In this document: positions 36,890-47,451 of the stretch, one piece after another
How positions within the stretch are numbered: the first letter of the stretch is position 1
How the letters are laid out: every line of letters starts with the position of its first letter
Origin: Clostridia bacterium
GTDB taxonomy: Bacteria; Bacillota; Clostridia; Oscillospirales; RGIG577
Length of the DNA: 64,000 nucleotides
NCBI GenBank assembly: GCA_017513095.1
Contig: JAFWDJ010000011.1
Coordinates: 731 to 64,730 of the forward strand
Direction: 5' to 3'
The notes under the pieces: generated by a model
What the model saw: the letters and a program-made list of their open reading frames with translations, nothing else
Databases searched by the model: none
Told to the model about the DNA's origin: nothing
Translations under genes and position numbers: made by a program

Positions 36890-39800
36890 TCAATCGTCGA
36901 AATTGAGCTCACTTTGCCGCGAGGACTCTTTATCGCCGGCTTCCTCGGAAATAAAGCCTATCGAGTCAAAGTCGAGCTCCTGCACGTCGTCGCCCTCGTC
37001 GTCGTAGCCGCTGTCGGAGGTGTACTCGTCGGACGGGAACAGATCGTCGCCCACGTCTCTCATATCTCCGAGCTCAGCTACCGATACGTCGGCGTCGTCA
37101 TCGTCGTCAAGCGATTCCTTAAGCTCTATCTCCTGCATATCCTTTGCAAGCACTCTTACGTCGAGTCCCAAAGACTGCATTTCCTTTATAAGCACCTTGA
37201 ACGATTCGGGAACGCCCGGCTTGGGCACGTTTTGACCCTTTACGATGGACTCGTAGGTCTTTACGCGTCCCACGACGTCGTCGGATTTTACGGTAAGTAT
37301 CTCCTGAAGCGTGTAAGCCGCGCCGTATGCCTCGAGCGCCCAAACCTCCATCTCGCCGAAGCGCTGTCCGCCGAACTGCGCCTTGCCGCCGAGCGGCTGC
37401 TGGGTTACGAGCGAATACGGGCCCGTGGAGCGCGCGTGAATCTTGTCGTCAACAAGGTGGGCAAGCTTTAAGAAGTACATATAGCCTACCGTTACGGGGT
37501 TGTCGAACGGCTCGCCCGTGCGTCCGTCGTAAAGTATGCTCTTGCCGTCGGGAGAAAGTCCCGATTCGCGAAGAAGCTGCTCTATGTCCTTCTCGTTCGC
37601 GCCGTCGAATACGGGCGTTGCGACCTTATAGCCAAGCTTATTGGCCGCGTAGCCCAAGTGGACCTCGAGCACCTGTCCTATATTCATACGCGAAGGCACG
37701 CCGAGCGGATTCAGTACTATGTCAAGCGGCGTACCGTCGGGCAGAAACGGCATATCCTCCTGCGGAAGAATGCGCGAGATAACGCCCTTGTTGCCGTGGC
37801 GTCCTGCCATCTTGTCGCCTACGGATATCTTTCTCTTCTGCGCGATATATACGCGGACTACTTTGTTTACGCCGGGCGTAAGCTCGTCGCCGTTTTCGCG
37901 GGTGAAGACCTTTACGTCCACGACAATGCCCGACTCTCCGTGAGGCACGCGAAGTGAAGTGTCTCGCACTTCTCTTGCCTTCTCGCCGAATATCGCGCGA
38001 AGCAGGCGTTCCTCGGCCGTAAGCTCCGTTTCGCCCTTGGGCGTTACCTTAACGACGAGTATGTCGCCCGCGCGAACGGTCGCGCCGACTCTTATGATGC
38101 CGTTCTCGTCGAGGTCCTTAAGAGCGTCCTCGCCCACATTCGGGATATCTCTCGTTATCTCCTCGGGGCCGAGCTTCGTATCTCTTGCTTCAATTTCGTA
38201 TTCCTCAATGTGTATAGAAGTATATACGTCGTCGCGCACAAGCTTTTCGTTGATTAAAACGGCGTCCTCGTAGTTGTAGCCTTCCCACGTCATAAAGCCG
38301 ATGAGCACGTTTTTGCCAAGTGCCATCTCGCCGTTTGCGGTGGAGGGGCCGTCGGCTATTACCTCGCCCTTCTTAACGCGCTGGCCGCGGTTTACGATGG
38401 GGCGCTGATTTATGCAGGTGCCCTGGTTCGAGCGCTTGAACTTGAGGAGCTTGTGCACCTCGCGCTCGCCGGAATCGAAGCGAACGACTATCTCGTCGCC
38501 GCTTACCTTCTCGATTACGCCGTCGTCGCCCGCAAGGCGCGTAACGCACGAGTCAACGGCCACCTTGTATTCCATGCCGGTGCCCACAATGGGAGCCTGG
38601 GTCTTTAAAAGCGGTACCGCCTGACGCTGCATGTTGGAGCCCATGAGCGCGCGGTTCGCGTCGTCGTTCTCAAGGAAGGGAATCATAGCCGTTGCGATGG
38701 ATACGAGCATCTGGGGCGATACGTCCATGTAATCGACCTGAGCGCGGTTTATAAGAAGTATCTCGTCGCGGTAGCGCGCGTTTACCATCTGGCGCTTGAA
38801 GCGTCCCTGCTCGTCGAGCGGCTCGTTGCCCTGAGCCACGACGTAGTTGTCCTCAACGTCGGCCGTCATGTATTCTATTTCGTCGGTAACTATGCCCGTC
38901 TCCTTGTCAACCTTGCGGTAGGGCGCCTCTATAAAGCCGAACTCGTTTACGCGTGCGTAGGACGCAAGGTACGAGATAAGGCCGATGTTCGGGCCTTCGG
39001 GAGTCTCTATGGGGCACATTCTGCCGTAATGCGAGTGGTGAACGTCGCGCACCTCAAAGCTTGCGCGCTCACGCGAAAGGCCGCCGGGGCCGAGTGCCGA
39101 AAGTCTTCTCTTATGCGTAAGCTCTGCAAGCGGATTCGTCTGGTCCATGAACTGCGACAGCGGCGAGGAGCCGAAAAATTCCTTTATCGCAGCGACCACG
39201 GGACGGATGTTCACAAGCGCCTGCGGCATTATGGTGTCTATCTCCTGAGTCTGCATACGGTCGCGTATCGTGCGCTCCATGCGCGCAAAGCCGATGCGGA
39301 ACTGGTTCTGCAGAAGCTCGCCTACCGAACGAAGGCGGCGGTTGCCGAGATGGTCGATGTCGTCGTCGCTGCCCACGCCGTGTGCAAGCGCGTTCAAATA
39401 GTTTATCGACGACATGATGTCATCTATGATTATATGCTTCGGGATAAGCTCGTCGATTTTTTCCTTTATCGCTTCTTCTATCTCTTCGTCGGTCTCGTAT
39501 TTTTCGATTATTTCTCTTAAAACACTGAAGCGCACCTTCTCGGTTATCTCAAGATCTTCTGCGATTTTGGGAGAAACGAAATCGGAAAGCGTTACCATGC
39601 CGTTCGAGAACACCTTTACGTCCTCGCCCTCAACGTCCAAAAGGACGCCCGATACGCCTACGCGCTCGATGAGCATTGCCTTGTCCGCCGAAAGCTTTTC
39701 GCCCGCCTCGGCGATTATCTCGCCGCTTAAGGGATCAACTACGGGCTCTTTTACGACCTTGCCCGCAAGTCTTCTGCCGAGCGCGAGCTTTTTGTTGTAC

Positions 39801-40618
39801 TTATAGCGGCCGACCTTGGAAAGGTCATATCTTCTTGCGTCGAAGAAGAGGCTGTTGACGAGCGAACGCGCGCCGTCGGTCGTGGGCGGCTCGCCGGGAC
39901 GAAGCTTCTTATAAACTTCCAGAAGGCCCTCGTCCTCGTTTGCAGCGGTGTCCTTTTCAAGCGTAGCGAGTATGCGCGCGTCGTTTCCGAATATATCGAG
40001 TATCTCTTTATTCGTTCCGAAGCCGAACGCGCGTATGAGCACGGTGATGGGGAGCTTTCTGTTTTTGTCTATGCGCACGAAGAACAGATCGTTCGAATCC
40101 GTCTCGTATTCGAGCCATGCGCCGCGGTTCGGGATAACGGTGGACGCGTAGAGATACTTGCCCGTCTTATCCTGTTCCTTCGTATAATATATGCCGGGCG
40201 AACGCACGAGCTGAGAAACGACTACACGCTCCGCGCCATTGTAAATGAACGTGCCGGAGGGCGTCATCTTCGGAAAGTCGCCCATGAATATTTCCTGCTC
40301 TTTTATCTCACCCGTTTCTTTGTTGGCAAGTCTTAACTTTACCTTTAAGGGCACGCAATACGTAGTATCGCGCTCCTTGCACTCTTCGACGTTGTACTTT
40401 GGCGTATCGTCGAGAGAATAGTCCACAAAATCCAAAACAAGGTTACCGGAATAGTCCACAACCGGAGATACATCGCGAAATACTTCACGAAGCCCCTCCT
40501 CCAAAAACCATTCATACGAGTTTCTCTGAATCTCAATAAGATTAGGCATTTTTAATACCTCGGAGATCTTAGAAAAGCTCATTCTCGTGTTATTTCCGTA
40601 CTGCACAGGTTTAACCAC
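36890..40618 (-). CDS. rpoB: DNA-directed RNA polymerase subunit beta
   Basis: The ORF-track frame is 36890..40711. I favour the GTG at 40618, which gives (M)[14 protein letters not shown], the usual Firmicutes RpoB N-terminus, with GGAG upstream. The rifampicin-cluster region [17 protein letters not shown] is present. Confidence 0.95.
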   Translation of the reverse strand: MVKPVQYGNNTRMSFSKISEVLKMPNLIEIQRNSYEWFLEEGLREVFRDVSPVVDYSGNLVLDFVDYSLDDTPKYNVEECKERDTTYCVPLKVKLRLANKETGEIKEQEIFMGDFPKMTPSGTFIYNGAERVVVSQLVRSPGIYYTKEQDKTGKYLYASTVIPNRGAWLEYETDSNDLFFVRIDKNRKLPITVLIRAFGFGTNKEILDIFGNDARILATLEKDTAANEDEGLLEVYKKLRPGEPPTTDGARSLVNSLFFDARRYDLSKVGRYKYNKKLALGRRLAGKVVKEPVVDPLSGEIIAEAGEKLSADKAMLIERVGVSGVLLDVEGEDVKVFSNGMVTLSDFVSPKIAEDLEITEKVRFSVLREIIEKYETDEEIEEAIKEKIDELIPKHIIIDDIMSSINYLNALAHGVGSDDDIDHLGNRRLRSVGELLQNQFRIGFARMERTIRDRMQTQEIDTIMPQALVNIRPVVAAIKEFFGSSPLSQFMDQTNPLAELTHKRRLSALGPGGLSRERASFEVRDVHHSHYGRMCPIETPEGPNIGLISYLASYARVNEFGFIEAPYRKVDKETGIVTDEIEYMTADVEDNYVVAQGNEPLDEQGRFKRQMVNARYRDEILLINRAQVDYMDVSPQMLVSIATAMIPFLENDDANRALMGSNMQRQAVPLLKTQAPIVGTGMEYKVAVDSCVTRLAGDDGVIEKVSGDEIVVRFDSGEREVHKLLKFKRSNQGTCINQRPIVNRGQRVKKGEVIADGPSTANGEMALGKNVLIGFMTWEGYNYEDAVLINEKLVRDDVYTSIHIEEYEIEARDTKLGPEEITRDIPNVGEDALKDLDENGIIRVGATVRAGDILVVKVTPKGETELTAEERLLRAIFGEKAREVRDTSLRVPHGESGIVVDVKVFTRENGDELTPGVNKVVRVYIAQKRKISVGDKMAGRHGNKGVISRILPQEDMPFLPDGTPLDIVLNPLGVPSRMNIGQVLEVHLGYAANKLGYKVATPVFDGANEKDIEQLLRESGLSPDGKSILYDGRTGEPFDNPVTVGYMYFLKLAHLVDDKIHARSTGPYSLVTQQPLGGKAQFGGQRFGEMEVWALEAYGAAYTLQEILTVKSDDVVGRVKTYESIVKGQNVPKPGVPESFKVLIKEMQSLGLDVRVLAKDMQEIELKESLDDDDDADVSVAELGDMRDVGDDLFPSDEYTSDSGYDDEGDDVQELDFDSIGFISEEAGDKESSRQSELNFDD

Positions 40619-40835
40619 GATCGCATCACTCCATTCCCGGTTAATTAGTTGATGTCCGTCTGATATGCATAAAATATCCGGCCGCAAAACCGGCTTTCGA
40701 CAGGAAAGCAATTCTGACTATATATTTTCAACAATTTTTTGAAAAAAACTGTTGCAAAATATAAAACCGTCCGTTATAATACGGGTAAGGGCAAATATGC
40801 ACCTCTCATCATATTTTCCGCATATGCAGTTAAAT

Positions 40836-40864
40836 AGTTTATCATCTATTTTTTAAGTTGTCAA
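40836..40864 (-). promoter_or_regulatory. Candidate rpoB promoter
   Basis: The minus strand reads TTGACA-17 nt-TAAACT, which would give a ~215-nt leader. Confidence 0.35.
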
Positions 40865-41105
40865 TGCATTTTTTGCGTTTTCAGCTATTTTTTTTGTGAA
40901 TTTTTCTTATATAATATTAAATTAACAATTCGTTTACATTCGGGGCGGGCTTTTTGAGCGGCTTTTCGGCGTTGCGGACAGTTTTCGCCTCTTTTTGCTT
41001 CTTTTTTTAGTGAAAAAGCTTTAAATTATCGAAAAGACCGTGTATAATAAATTAAAGTAAGCATTCGGACTATTAAAAATTTTATTATACGGAGGTTCAT
41101 TTATC

Positions 41106-42200
41106 ATGCTTAGAGTATTAAGAGTACCCCCCAAGTTCATTTTGGGCAGAAACGCGCTTTGCGAACTGAGAGAGCGCTGCGGCGTAGGCAAGCATTATCT
41201 CGTTATCGGCGGCAAGAGAGCGCTTGAGCAGACGAAGCCGAAGATCGAAAAGAGCTTTGAGGGTGCTGATGAGACCGTTATGTTCCATCAGTTCTCCGGA
41301 CTTTGCAGCTATGAAGAGGTAGCAAGGACCGAGAAAATGATCGAAGAGAACAACATCGACGTTATAGTCGGCGTGGGCGGCGGCAATGCGCTCGACACCG
41401 CGAGAGCAGCCGGCACCAACAAGGGCATCTACGTTATAATGGCTCCCACCGTAGCCGCTACCGACGCTCCCTGCACGTCCATATCCATGTATTATAAGGA
41501 AGACGGCACCGGTATCGCAGGCTACAGCTATTTCCACAAGAACCCCGACATGGTCATCGTTGATTCCGAGATCATGGCTAAGGCTCCCGTGCGCTACTTC
41601 ATCTCCGGTATGGGTGACGCAATAGCTACGTACTTTGAGGGACGCACCTGCTACGAGCGCGGCGTTCCGACCTTCTCAAAGGGCACGATCTCAAAGACGG
41701 GCCTGGCACTTGCGCGCATGTGCTACGACAACCTGATGGAAACGGGTTATCTCGCGCTTCAGGCTGCAAAGAAGGGCGTTGTTACCTCCACGTTCGAGGA
41801 CTGCCTCGAGTCGACCGTATATCTTAGCGGCGTAGGCGGCGAGCAGACGGGCGTTGCGGGCGCACACGGCTTCGGCAACTGGTTCGCTGCATTCCCCGAG
41901 GCACATGACTACTGGCACGGTGAAAAGGTTGCCGTAGGTCTCGTTATCCAGCTCGTTATGGAGAACGCTCCCGAGCTTGAAGAAGTGCTCGAATTCCTCA
42001 ACATGGTCGGCCTCCCCACGATGCTCTCCGACATCGGCATCACCGATCTTGAGGCAGGCGCGGCTAAGATGGCCAAGCTCGTTGACATGAATCCGAACAG
42101 CTCCGTTAAGCACACGAAGGGCGACACCTCCTATCAGGCAGTTTACGACGCAATAATCGCGGCACAGGAAATAGCCGCTGAATTCAAGGCAGGCTTCTAA
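41106..42200 (+). CDS. gldA: Glycerol dehydrogenase (iron-containing ADH family)
   Basis: 364 aa with a GGAGG RBS. It has the GVGGGNALDTARA motif and the His-rich metal site (HGFGN...H..HGEKV). Confidence 0.8.
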   Translation: MLRVLRVPPKFILGRNALCELRERCGVGKHYLVIGGKRALEQTKPKIEKSFEGADETVMFHQFSGLCSYEEVARTEKMIEENNIDVIVGVGGGNALDTARAAGTNKGIYVIMAPTVAATDAPCTSISMYYKEDGTGIAGYSYFHKNPDMVIVDSEIMAKAPVRYFISGMGDAIATYFEGRTCYERGVPTFSKGTISKTGLALARMCYDNLMETGYLALQAAKKGVVTSTFEDCLESTVYLSGVGGEQTGVAGAHGFGNWFAAFPEAHDYWHGEKVAVGLVIQLVMENAPELEEVLEFLNMVGLPTMLSDIGITDLEAGAAKMAKLVDMNPNSSVKHTKGDTSYQAVYDAIIAAQEIAAEFKAGF

Positions 42201-42214
42201 GATTTAAGAATACG

Positions 42215-42255
42215 AAAAAGCCCCGAAAGGCATTTACGGCTTTTCGGGGCTTTTT
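42215..42255 (+). terminator. Terminator after gldA
   Basis: AAAAAGCCCCGAAA...TTTTCGGGGCTTTTT. Confidence 0.8.
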
Positions 42256-42271
42256 GCATTACCCTCTCCCC

Positions 42272-42300
42272 TTGCAAACGCGCGCGCCCGTTGGTATAAT
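42272..42300 (+). promoter_or_regulatory. Promoter of rarA
   Basis: TTGCAA-17 nt-TATAAT. Confidence 0.55.
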
Positions 42301-42336
42301 AAAATATGTATATAAAAAAAGGAGGCCGCAGCAGAC

Positions 42337-43653
42337 GTGCAGATGTCAATGTTTGAAAACAGCGTGCCGCGCCCGCTTGCGGCGCGTATGCGTCCGCGTA
42401 CGCTTAATGAGATAGTCGGGCAAAAGCATCTTTTGGGCGAGGGCAAGGTACTAAGGCGCATAATAGAGCAGGACAAGGTGTCCTCGATGATATTCTGGGG
42501 GCCGCCCGGCACTGGAAAAACGACGATAGCCAACGTCATCGCCGCGCAGACGAAGGCGCGCTTTATAAACTTCTCCGCCGTGACGAGCGGCATAAAGGAG
42601 ATACGCGCCGTTATGAACGAGGCGGAAACGAACCGCTCCTTCGGCGAAAAGACGATAGTCTTCGTAGATGAGATACACCGCTTCAACAAGGCTCAGCAGG
42701 ACGCTTTTCTGCCCTTCGTGGAGCGTGGCAGCATAATTTTGATAGGCGCTACCACCGAAAACCCGTCGTTCGAGGTAAACGGCGCTCTTTTGTCGCGCTG
42801 CAAGGTGTTCGTTTTAAAGCCGCTGTCGGCCGACGATATATACGAGCTTCTTACGCGCGCCGCGAAAAAGTGGCACGAGCTTGAAAAGCAGACCGTAGAC
42901 ATTGAAGAGCGCGCGCTTCGCATGATTGCCCGCTTTGCGAACGGTGACGCGCGCACGGCGCTTTCAACGTTCGAGATGGCCGTTTTAAACGGCGACCTGC
43001 ACGGCGACACCGTCACGGTGAGCATTGAAACGGTCGAGGAATGCACCTCGCGCAAGGCGCTTTTATACGACAAGGACGGCGAGGAGCATTACAACATCAT
43101 CTCCGCGCTTCACAAGTCTATGCGAAACTCCGACCCCGACGCGGCCGTATATTGGCTTGCGCGTATGCTTGAGGCCGGCGAGGACCCGCTGTACGTCGCG
43201 CGGCGCGTCGTGCGTTTCGCAAGCGAGGACGTGGGGCTTTCAGACCCGCGCGCGCTCGAAATTGCCGTCGCCGCCTATCAGGCGTGCCACTTTATAGGCA
43301 TGCCCGAATGCAGCGTCCACCTTACCGAGGCCGTTATTTATATGTCGCTCGCGCCGAAATCGAACGCTATGGACGTCGCGTACCATCTTGCGAAGACGGA
43401 CGCGCTTGAAACGATAAGCGATCCCGTGCCGCTCGTCATACGAAACGGCGTGACGAAGCTCATGCGCGACGAGGGCTACGGCAAGGGCTACATCTACGCA
43501 CACAACACGAAGGACAAGCTCTCAGATATGCAGTGTCTCCCCGATTCCTTACTTGGGCGCGAATATTACCGTCCCACCGAGGAGGGCCTGGAGGGCAGAT
43601 TCAAGGAGCGGCTTTTAAAGATAAAGCAGTGGAAAAAAGAACACGGCGCATAG
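42337..43653 (+). CDS. rarA: Replication-associated recombination protein A (MgsA/RarA AAA+ ATPase)
   Basis: GTG start at 42337, after AAGGAGG. Walker A is GPPGTGKTT and Walker B is VFVDEIHRFNK. The MgsA C-terminal domain is HYNIISALHKSMRNSDPDAAVYWLARM. Confidence 0.92.
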   Translation: MQMSMFENSVPRPLAARMRPRTLNEIVGQKHLLGEGKVLRRIIEQDKVSSMIFWGPPGTGKTTIANVIAAQTKARFINFSAVTSGIKEIRAVMNEAETNRSFGEKTIVFVDEIHRFNKAQQDAFLPFVERGSIILIGATTENPSFEVNGALLSRCKVFVLKPLSADDIYELLTRAAKKWHELEKQTVDIEERALRMIARFANGDARTALSTFEMAVLNGDLHGDTVTVSIETVEECTSRKALLYDKDGEEHYNIISALHKSMRNSDPDAAVYWLARMLEAGEDPLYVARRVVRFASEDVGLSDPRALEIAVAAYQACHFIGMPECSVHLTEAVIYMSLAPKSNAMDVAYHLAKTDALETISDPVPLVIRNGVTKLMRDEGYGKGYIYAHNTKDKLSDMQCLPDSLLGREYYRPTEEGLEGRFKERLLKIKQWKKEHGA

Positions 43654-43678
43654 CATAAAACCATTTCGGAGGCGTTAC

Positions 43679-44212
43679 ATGGAAATTTTTAAAGGACGTC
43701 CCGCCGATACGACGGGACGAAGCGAACGTGAGATAAGAACTTACGACATGCTCGATTCGCTGGGGATAGAATACGAGCGCACCGACCACAACCGCGCGCG
43801 CTCGATGAACGAGCTTCACACGGTCGACCTTACGCTCGGCATAATGATATGCAAAAATCTCTTTTTATCAAACAGGCAGCGCACAAGATTCTATCTTCTT
43901 ATGATGCCCGCGGGCAAGCCGTTCAAAACTTGCATGGTCTCGCCGCAGCTCGGCATATCGCGCCTGAGCTTCGCGCCCGAGGAATACATGGAGCGCTTTT
44001 TGGACCTCCATCCCGGCAGCGTAAGCATTATGGGGCTTATGAACGACCGTGAGGGGCGCGTTTCGCTCATAATCGACGAGGACGTCGTAAAGGAGGAATA
44101 TATCGGCTGCCACCCGTGCGAGAACACGACGAGCTTAAAAATCAAGACCGAGGATATTCTAAATCGCTTCCTCCCCGCCGTGGGACACGAGCCGATAATT
44201 ATCAGAATATGA
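43679..44212 (+). CDS. YbaK/ProX-type aminoacyl-tRNA editing domain protein
   Basis: 177 aa with a GGAGG RBS. The N-terminus (IRTYDMLDSLGIEYERTDH) and overall pattern fit the prolyl-tRNA-synthetase-associated domain family. Confidence 0.65.
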   Translation: MEIFKGRPADTTGRSEREIRTYDMLDSLGIEYERTDHNRARSMNELHTVDLTLGIMICKNLFLSNRQRTRFYLLMMPAGKPFKTCMVSPQLGISRLSFAPEEYMERFLDLHPGSVSIMGLMNDREGRVSLIIDEDVVKEEYIGCHPCENTTSLKIKTEDILNRFLPAVGHEPIIIRI

Positions 44213-44217
44213 TTTTT

Positions 44218-44241
44218 GCCGCGTTTATTCGCGGCTTTTTT
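44218..44241 (+). terminator. Terminator after the YbaK-like gene
   Basis: GCCGCG-TTTATT-CGCGGC followed by TTTTTT. Confidence 0.65.
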
Positions 44242-44277
44242 GTTTACATTCTGTTAATTATTTTTTTCACAAATCAC

Positions 44278-44306
44278 TTGAATATTTTAATATTACATTG
44301 TAAAAT
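44278..44306 (+). promoter_or_regulatory. Promoter of panT-coaX
   Basis: TTGAAT-17 nt-TAAAAT. Confidence 0.5.
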
Positions 44307-44381
44307 ACAAGCGTATTCGGTATTTCCAAAATATTTGCGCTGCACCCGCGCTCGGGGCAGCAGCAAGGAGGACGAATTATT

Positions 44382-45035
44382 ATGAACAATACTGTAGGAA
44401 GGTCTAAAATCCGCTGGATGGTAGGCGTCGCACTGATGGCCGCCATCATCATTATCCTGGCGAATACGCCCCTCGGGCTTATTCAGCTTCCCATTATCAA
44501 GGCGACGACCGTACACATCCCCGTAATCATAGGCGCAATACTGCTGGGTCCGCTGGCAGGCGGAATCTTAGGCGGCGTGTTCGGAATCTGCTCGCTCGTA
44601 AGCAACACCGTTGCTCCCACCCTGCTCTCCTTCGCCTTCTCGCCTTTTTTAAGCACCACGGGCGTTCCCGGTGCGCTTAAGGCCGTTTGGGTAGCCGTAG
44701 GCTGCCGCATACTTATAGGCGTTGTGGCCGGCTGGGTGTGGAGGGCGTTTTCACGCTCCAAGGTGAACGATTTCGTTGCGCTTCCGATAGTGGGATTTAT
44801 AGGCTCGATGACGAATACGATTCTCGTTATGGGCAGCATCTACGTGCTTTTCGCACAGCAGTATGCCGAAGCGAGAAACGTAGCTCTCACGGCCGTATTC
44901 TCCCTCGTTATGGCGACCGTAACGGCGTCCGGCATACCCGAGGCTATCGCCGCCGCAATCCTTGTAACGGTAATAGGCAAGGCGCTTTTAAAGGCGTTCG
45001 GCGGCAGCTTTCAGAATAACACGACACGGAGGTAA
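44382..45035 (+). CDS. panT: ECF transporter S component (probably pantothenate-specific)
   Basis: 217-aa polytopic membrane protein with the ECF-S pattern (TTVHIPVIIGAILLGP). It lies immediately upstream of coaX. The substrate assignment is by context only. Confidence 0.6.
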   Translation: MNNTVGRSKIRWMVGVALMAAIIIILANTPLGLIQLPIIKATTVHIPVIIGAILLGPLAGGILGGVFGICSLVSNTVAPTLLSFAFSPFLSTTGVPGALKAVWVAVGCRILIGVVAGWVWRAFSRSKVNDFVALPIVGFIGSMTNTILVMGSIYVLFAQQYAEARNVALTAVFSLVMATVTASGIPEAIAAAILVTVIGKALLKAFGGSFQNNTTRR

Positions 45036-45040
45036 GGACA

Positions 45041-45805
45041 ATGCTCCTCGCTATCGACGCCGGCAACTCCAATATCGTTGTCGGTCTCATTGAAAACGAC
45101 GAAATAATCAAGGTCTTTCGGGTCTCCACTGATACGAGCAAGACGGAGGACGAATATCTCATATCGTTCCGCCAGCTTATGGACGTGGGCGGCGTCGATT
45201 ATAAAAAGATTGACGGCGCCATAATCTGCTCCGTAGTGCCGCCCATAAAATCGGCGCTCACGGGAGCCGTGAAAATGATGACCGGCGTCGATCCGCTCAT
45301 CGTAAGCGCGCAGCTCAACACGGGACTCAACATAGACATAGACAATCCCGCGCAGCTCGGAAGCGACCTCATTGCCGACGCGGTAGCCGCGGTAAACGAC
45401 TATCCGCTGCCCGCCATTGTCTTTGACATGGGCACCGCGACGACGATATCGGTCATAGACAGAAACTCACGCTATCTCGGCGGAGTTATCATGCCGGGAC
45501 TGAGGCTTTCCTTAAACGCGTTAAGCTCCAACACGTCCCAGCTTCCCAAGGTGTCCATAGAAGCACCCGAAAGCTGCATCGGGCGGAATACCGTTGACTG
45601 CATGAAGAGCGGCAGCATCTTCGGCGCGGCGTCGATGATGGACGGCATGATAGAAAGAATCGAGGACGAATTGGGCGAAAAGGCCACGGTCATTGCAACG
45701 GGCGGCCTCGCGCAGTACGTAGTTGCCGAATGCAGAAGAAACGTAATCTGCGACGACAACCTTTTGCTTCGCGGCCTCAATAAGTTATACCGCATGAACA
45801 AATAA
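45041..45805 (+). CDS. coaX: Type III pantothenate kinase
   Basis: MLLAIDAGNSNIVVGL and DMGTATT motifs; 254 aa. Confidence 0.92.
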   Translation: MLLAIDAGNSNIVVGLIENDEIIKVFRVSTDTSKTEDEYLISFRQLMDVGGVDYKKIDGAIICSVVPPIKSALTGAVKMMTGVDPLIVSAQLNTGLNIDIDNPAQLGSDLIADAVAAVNDYPLPAIVFDMGTATTISVIDRNSRYLGGVIMPGLRLSLNALSSNTSQLPKVSIEAPESCIGRNTVDCMKSGSIFGAASMMDGMIERIEDELGEKATVIATGGLAQYVVAECRRNVICDDNLLLRGLNKLYRMNK

Positions 45806-45846
45806 AGAAAACCATACGTTTTACCGAATACAAAGAATACAAAGCC

Positions 45847-45880
45847 AAAACCCGCCGAAAAAGCTTTCGGCGGGTTTTTT
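45847..45880 (+). terminator. Terminator after coaX
   Basis: AAAACCCGCCGAAA-AAGC-TTTCGGCGGGTTTT followed by a T-run. Confidence 0.85.
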
Positions 45881-45969
45881 GCGTCTTAAATATATCGAAA
45901 AAGCGCACGCCCGAGGCGCACGCCTTTTCGCATTTTGAAAGAAAGTTTTGAATTTCGGTAACTTTCGGT

Positions 45970-46563
45970 TTACTCCGCAGCGTCTGCGGCAAGGCTCGAA
46001 ATAATTGCCACTACGTCAGCGTCGTCAGGCGAAATGGTATCGCCGTCTGCGGGCTGCCAGATGTCAACTGCGAAATAGCCTTCGCCGTCAACGGCGCTAA
46101 GCGACGTTAAATTCATGCTCGAGCTGTATTTGCCCTCTGCACCGCTCCACTCGCGATCGCCTATCGCTACGGAAGCGATATCCTCATAGGAATCGAATAC
46201 GCCCGTTACGAGATAATACGAGCCGCTTGCCTTGTACGTAATGTCAATGCCGGGCTTGCCGTACATATCGTCCTCGCTCGTTGCGCCCTTGTAGATCTTA
46301 AGGCTGCCGGGGTCGGACTGTGCGAATGCCTTCCAGCCGTCGGGAACCATTACGGAAAATGCGCCGGTGTCGTAAACCTCGCCGCCGATGGCCGCTTCAG
46401 CCTCGTCGAGAGCCGCATCGAGCTCATCGATAGCCTCGTCGATCTGTTCTTCCGCCTGCTCTGCCGCTTCTTCAGCCTTCTTCTGGCTGCTGCATGCAGT
46501 GAAAGCGAATACGCACATCGTGATCACGAGCAAAAGAGCTATGATCTTTAAACTTTTTTTCAT
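45970..46563 (-). CDS. Lipoprotein of unknown function
   Basis: 197 aa with an AAGGAGG RBS. The signal peptide has a lipobox (VFAFTAC). An acidic Ala/Glu-rich linker precedes a beta-rich domain. Confidence 0.7.
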   Translation of the reverse strand: MKKSLKIIALLLVITMCVFAFTACSSQKKAEEAAEQAEEQIDEAIDELDAALDEAEAAIGGEVYDTGAFSVMVPDGWKAFAQSDPGSLKIYKGATSEDDMYGKPGIDITYKASGSYYLVTGVFDSYEDIASVAIGDREWSGAEGKYSSSMNLTSLSAVDGEGYFAVDIWQPADGDTISPDDADVVAIISSLAADAAE

Positions 46564-46661
46564 TTTTCCTTCCTCCTTGGTGATTTAATTTCGGGAATTT
46601 TATATAAAGTTTATCCCTTACCGTTTAAAATGCGCCCCGGGCGCGCCGCTGTGCCGCAATG

Positions 46662-46709
46662 AAAAAAGCATAATACCGAAAGGCCATTCATGCCTTTGAT
46701 ACTATGCTT
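46662..46709 (-). terminator. Strong intrinsic terminator ~100 nt upstream of the lipoprotein start codon
   Basis: The minus RNA is AAGCAUAGUAUCAAAGGC-AUGAAUG-GCCUUU(C)GGUAUUAUGCUU followed by UUUUUU. It forms 18 bp with one bulge. Its two G-U pairs exist only in the minus-strand transcript. Confidence 0.75.
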
Positions 46710-46770
46710 AAAATTTCACCGTATTCTTTTTTCACATAAATTTTCCGTGCGGTCAAATAAGACAGTATTA

Positions 46771-46798
46771 CTCTGTCTGTCTGTCTCTCTGTCTGTCG
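46771..46798. repeat. Imperfect tetranucleotide tract (CTGT/CTCT on +; ACAG/AGAG on -)
   Basis: ctctgtctgtctgtctctctgtctgtcg, starting 3 nt after the -10 box of the promoter at 46801-46828. Confidence 0.9.
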
Positions 46799-46800
46799 TA

Positions 46801-46828
46801 ATTTTACCCGCAAGCCTGTTCATGTCAA
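46801..46828 (-). promoter_or_regulatory. Orphan sigma-A promoter (proximal)
   Basis: The minus strand reads TTGACA-16 nt-TAAAAT. Confidence 0.55.
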
Positions 46829-46888
46829 TACTCCGAATCATTTAAACTACGCAATTATCTTAATTATCTCAAAGCATTTCACGAGCAT

Positions 46889-46917
46889 ATTATACATAAT
46901 CAGCGTAGGTTTTTCAA
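46889..46917 (-). promoter_or_regulatory. Orphan sigma-A promoter (distal)
   Basis: The minus strand reads TTGAAA-17 nt-TATAAT, 34 nt after the GNAT stop codon. Confidence 0.55.
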
Positions 46918-46950
46918 GCCCTTTTAATAAAAATTTCACAAAGCCGCAGC

Positions 46951-47451
46951 TTACAGCGCCTTCTGCCGGAGAATTCCCTCATAAAGTCCGTCGACGCACG
47001 TTCCGCACGGCTCATATCCCCTTTTCGTATAGTAATCCTCAAGCGGAACGTTGCCCACGGCGGAGTCAAGCCGCATATAATCCATGCCGCGCGACTTCGA
47101 ATACGCCTCCATATGTGAAAGAAAGACGGAGCCCGCGCCCTTTTTCTTTATATCCGAGGCGAAATTGTGAAGATAATGCGCGCGCACGTCGTTTTCGGGC
47201 CATCTGTCATCCTCGGTCTTTATAACGGCGGCCGCGGCTATCGCGCCGTCCGAGGTGTCGATGAGCACGAAGACGCAGCCGTTTCGTCTGTGCCCCTCAT
47301 AATACGAAAGCGGATAAACGTCGGTATAATGCGTCTTGTTCCACTGCTCTATGCCCACCTCGTCCATCCACGCGATGCGCTCCTTAATGAGCGAAAACAT
47401 GAGCGGCAGCTCTTCTTTTTTTATCTCTCTGAATATGAATCTTTCGTCCAT
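46951..47451 (-). CDS. GNAT-family N-acetyltransferase
   Basis: 166 aa. The acetyl-CoA binding region is NFASDIKKKGAGSVFLSHME. The start abuts the coaBC stop. Confidence 0.75.
   Translation of the reverse strand: MDERFIFREIKKEELPLMFSLIKERIAWMDEVGIEQWNKTHYTDVYPLSYYEGHRRNGCVFVLIDTSDGAIAAAAVIKTEDDRWPENDVRAHYLHNFASDIKKKGAGSVFLSHMEAYSKSRGMDYMRLDSAVGNVPLEDYYTKRGYEPCGTCVDGLYEGILRQKAL

Noticed and set aside
36890-37100. Acidic ~70-residue C-terminal tail of RpoB ([21 protein letters not shown]...[13 protein letters not shown])
   Set aside because: Acidic C-terminal extensions of RpoB are common in Firmicutes; B. subtilis has one. I do not consider this unusual.
46720-46850. 41-codon ATG frame (MIRSIDMNRLAGKITTDRETDRQSNTVLFDRTENLCEKRIR*) spanning the ACAG tract
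   Set aside because: It has no Shine-Dalgarno. It spans a promoter and a simple repeat, and its composition is driven by the repeat. I retain it only as a remote alternative to the RNA interpretation.
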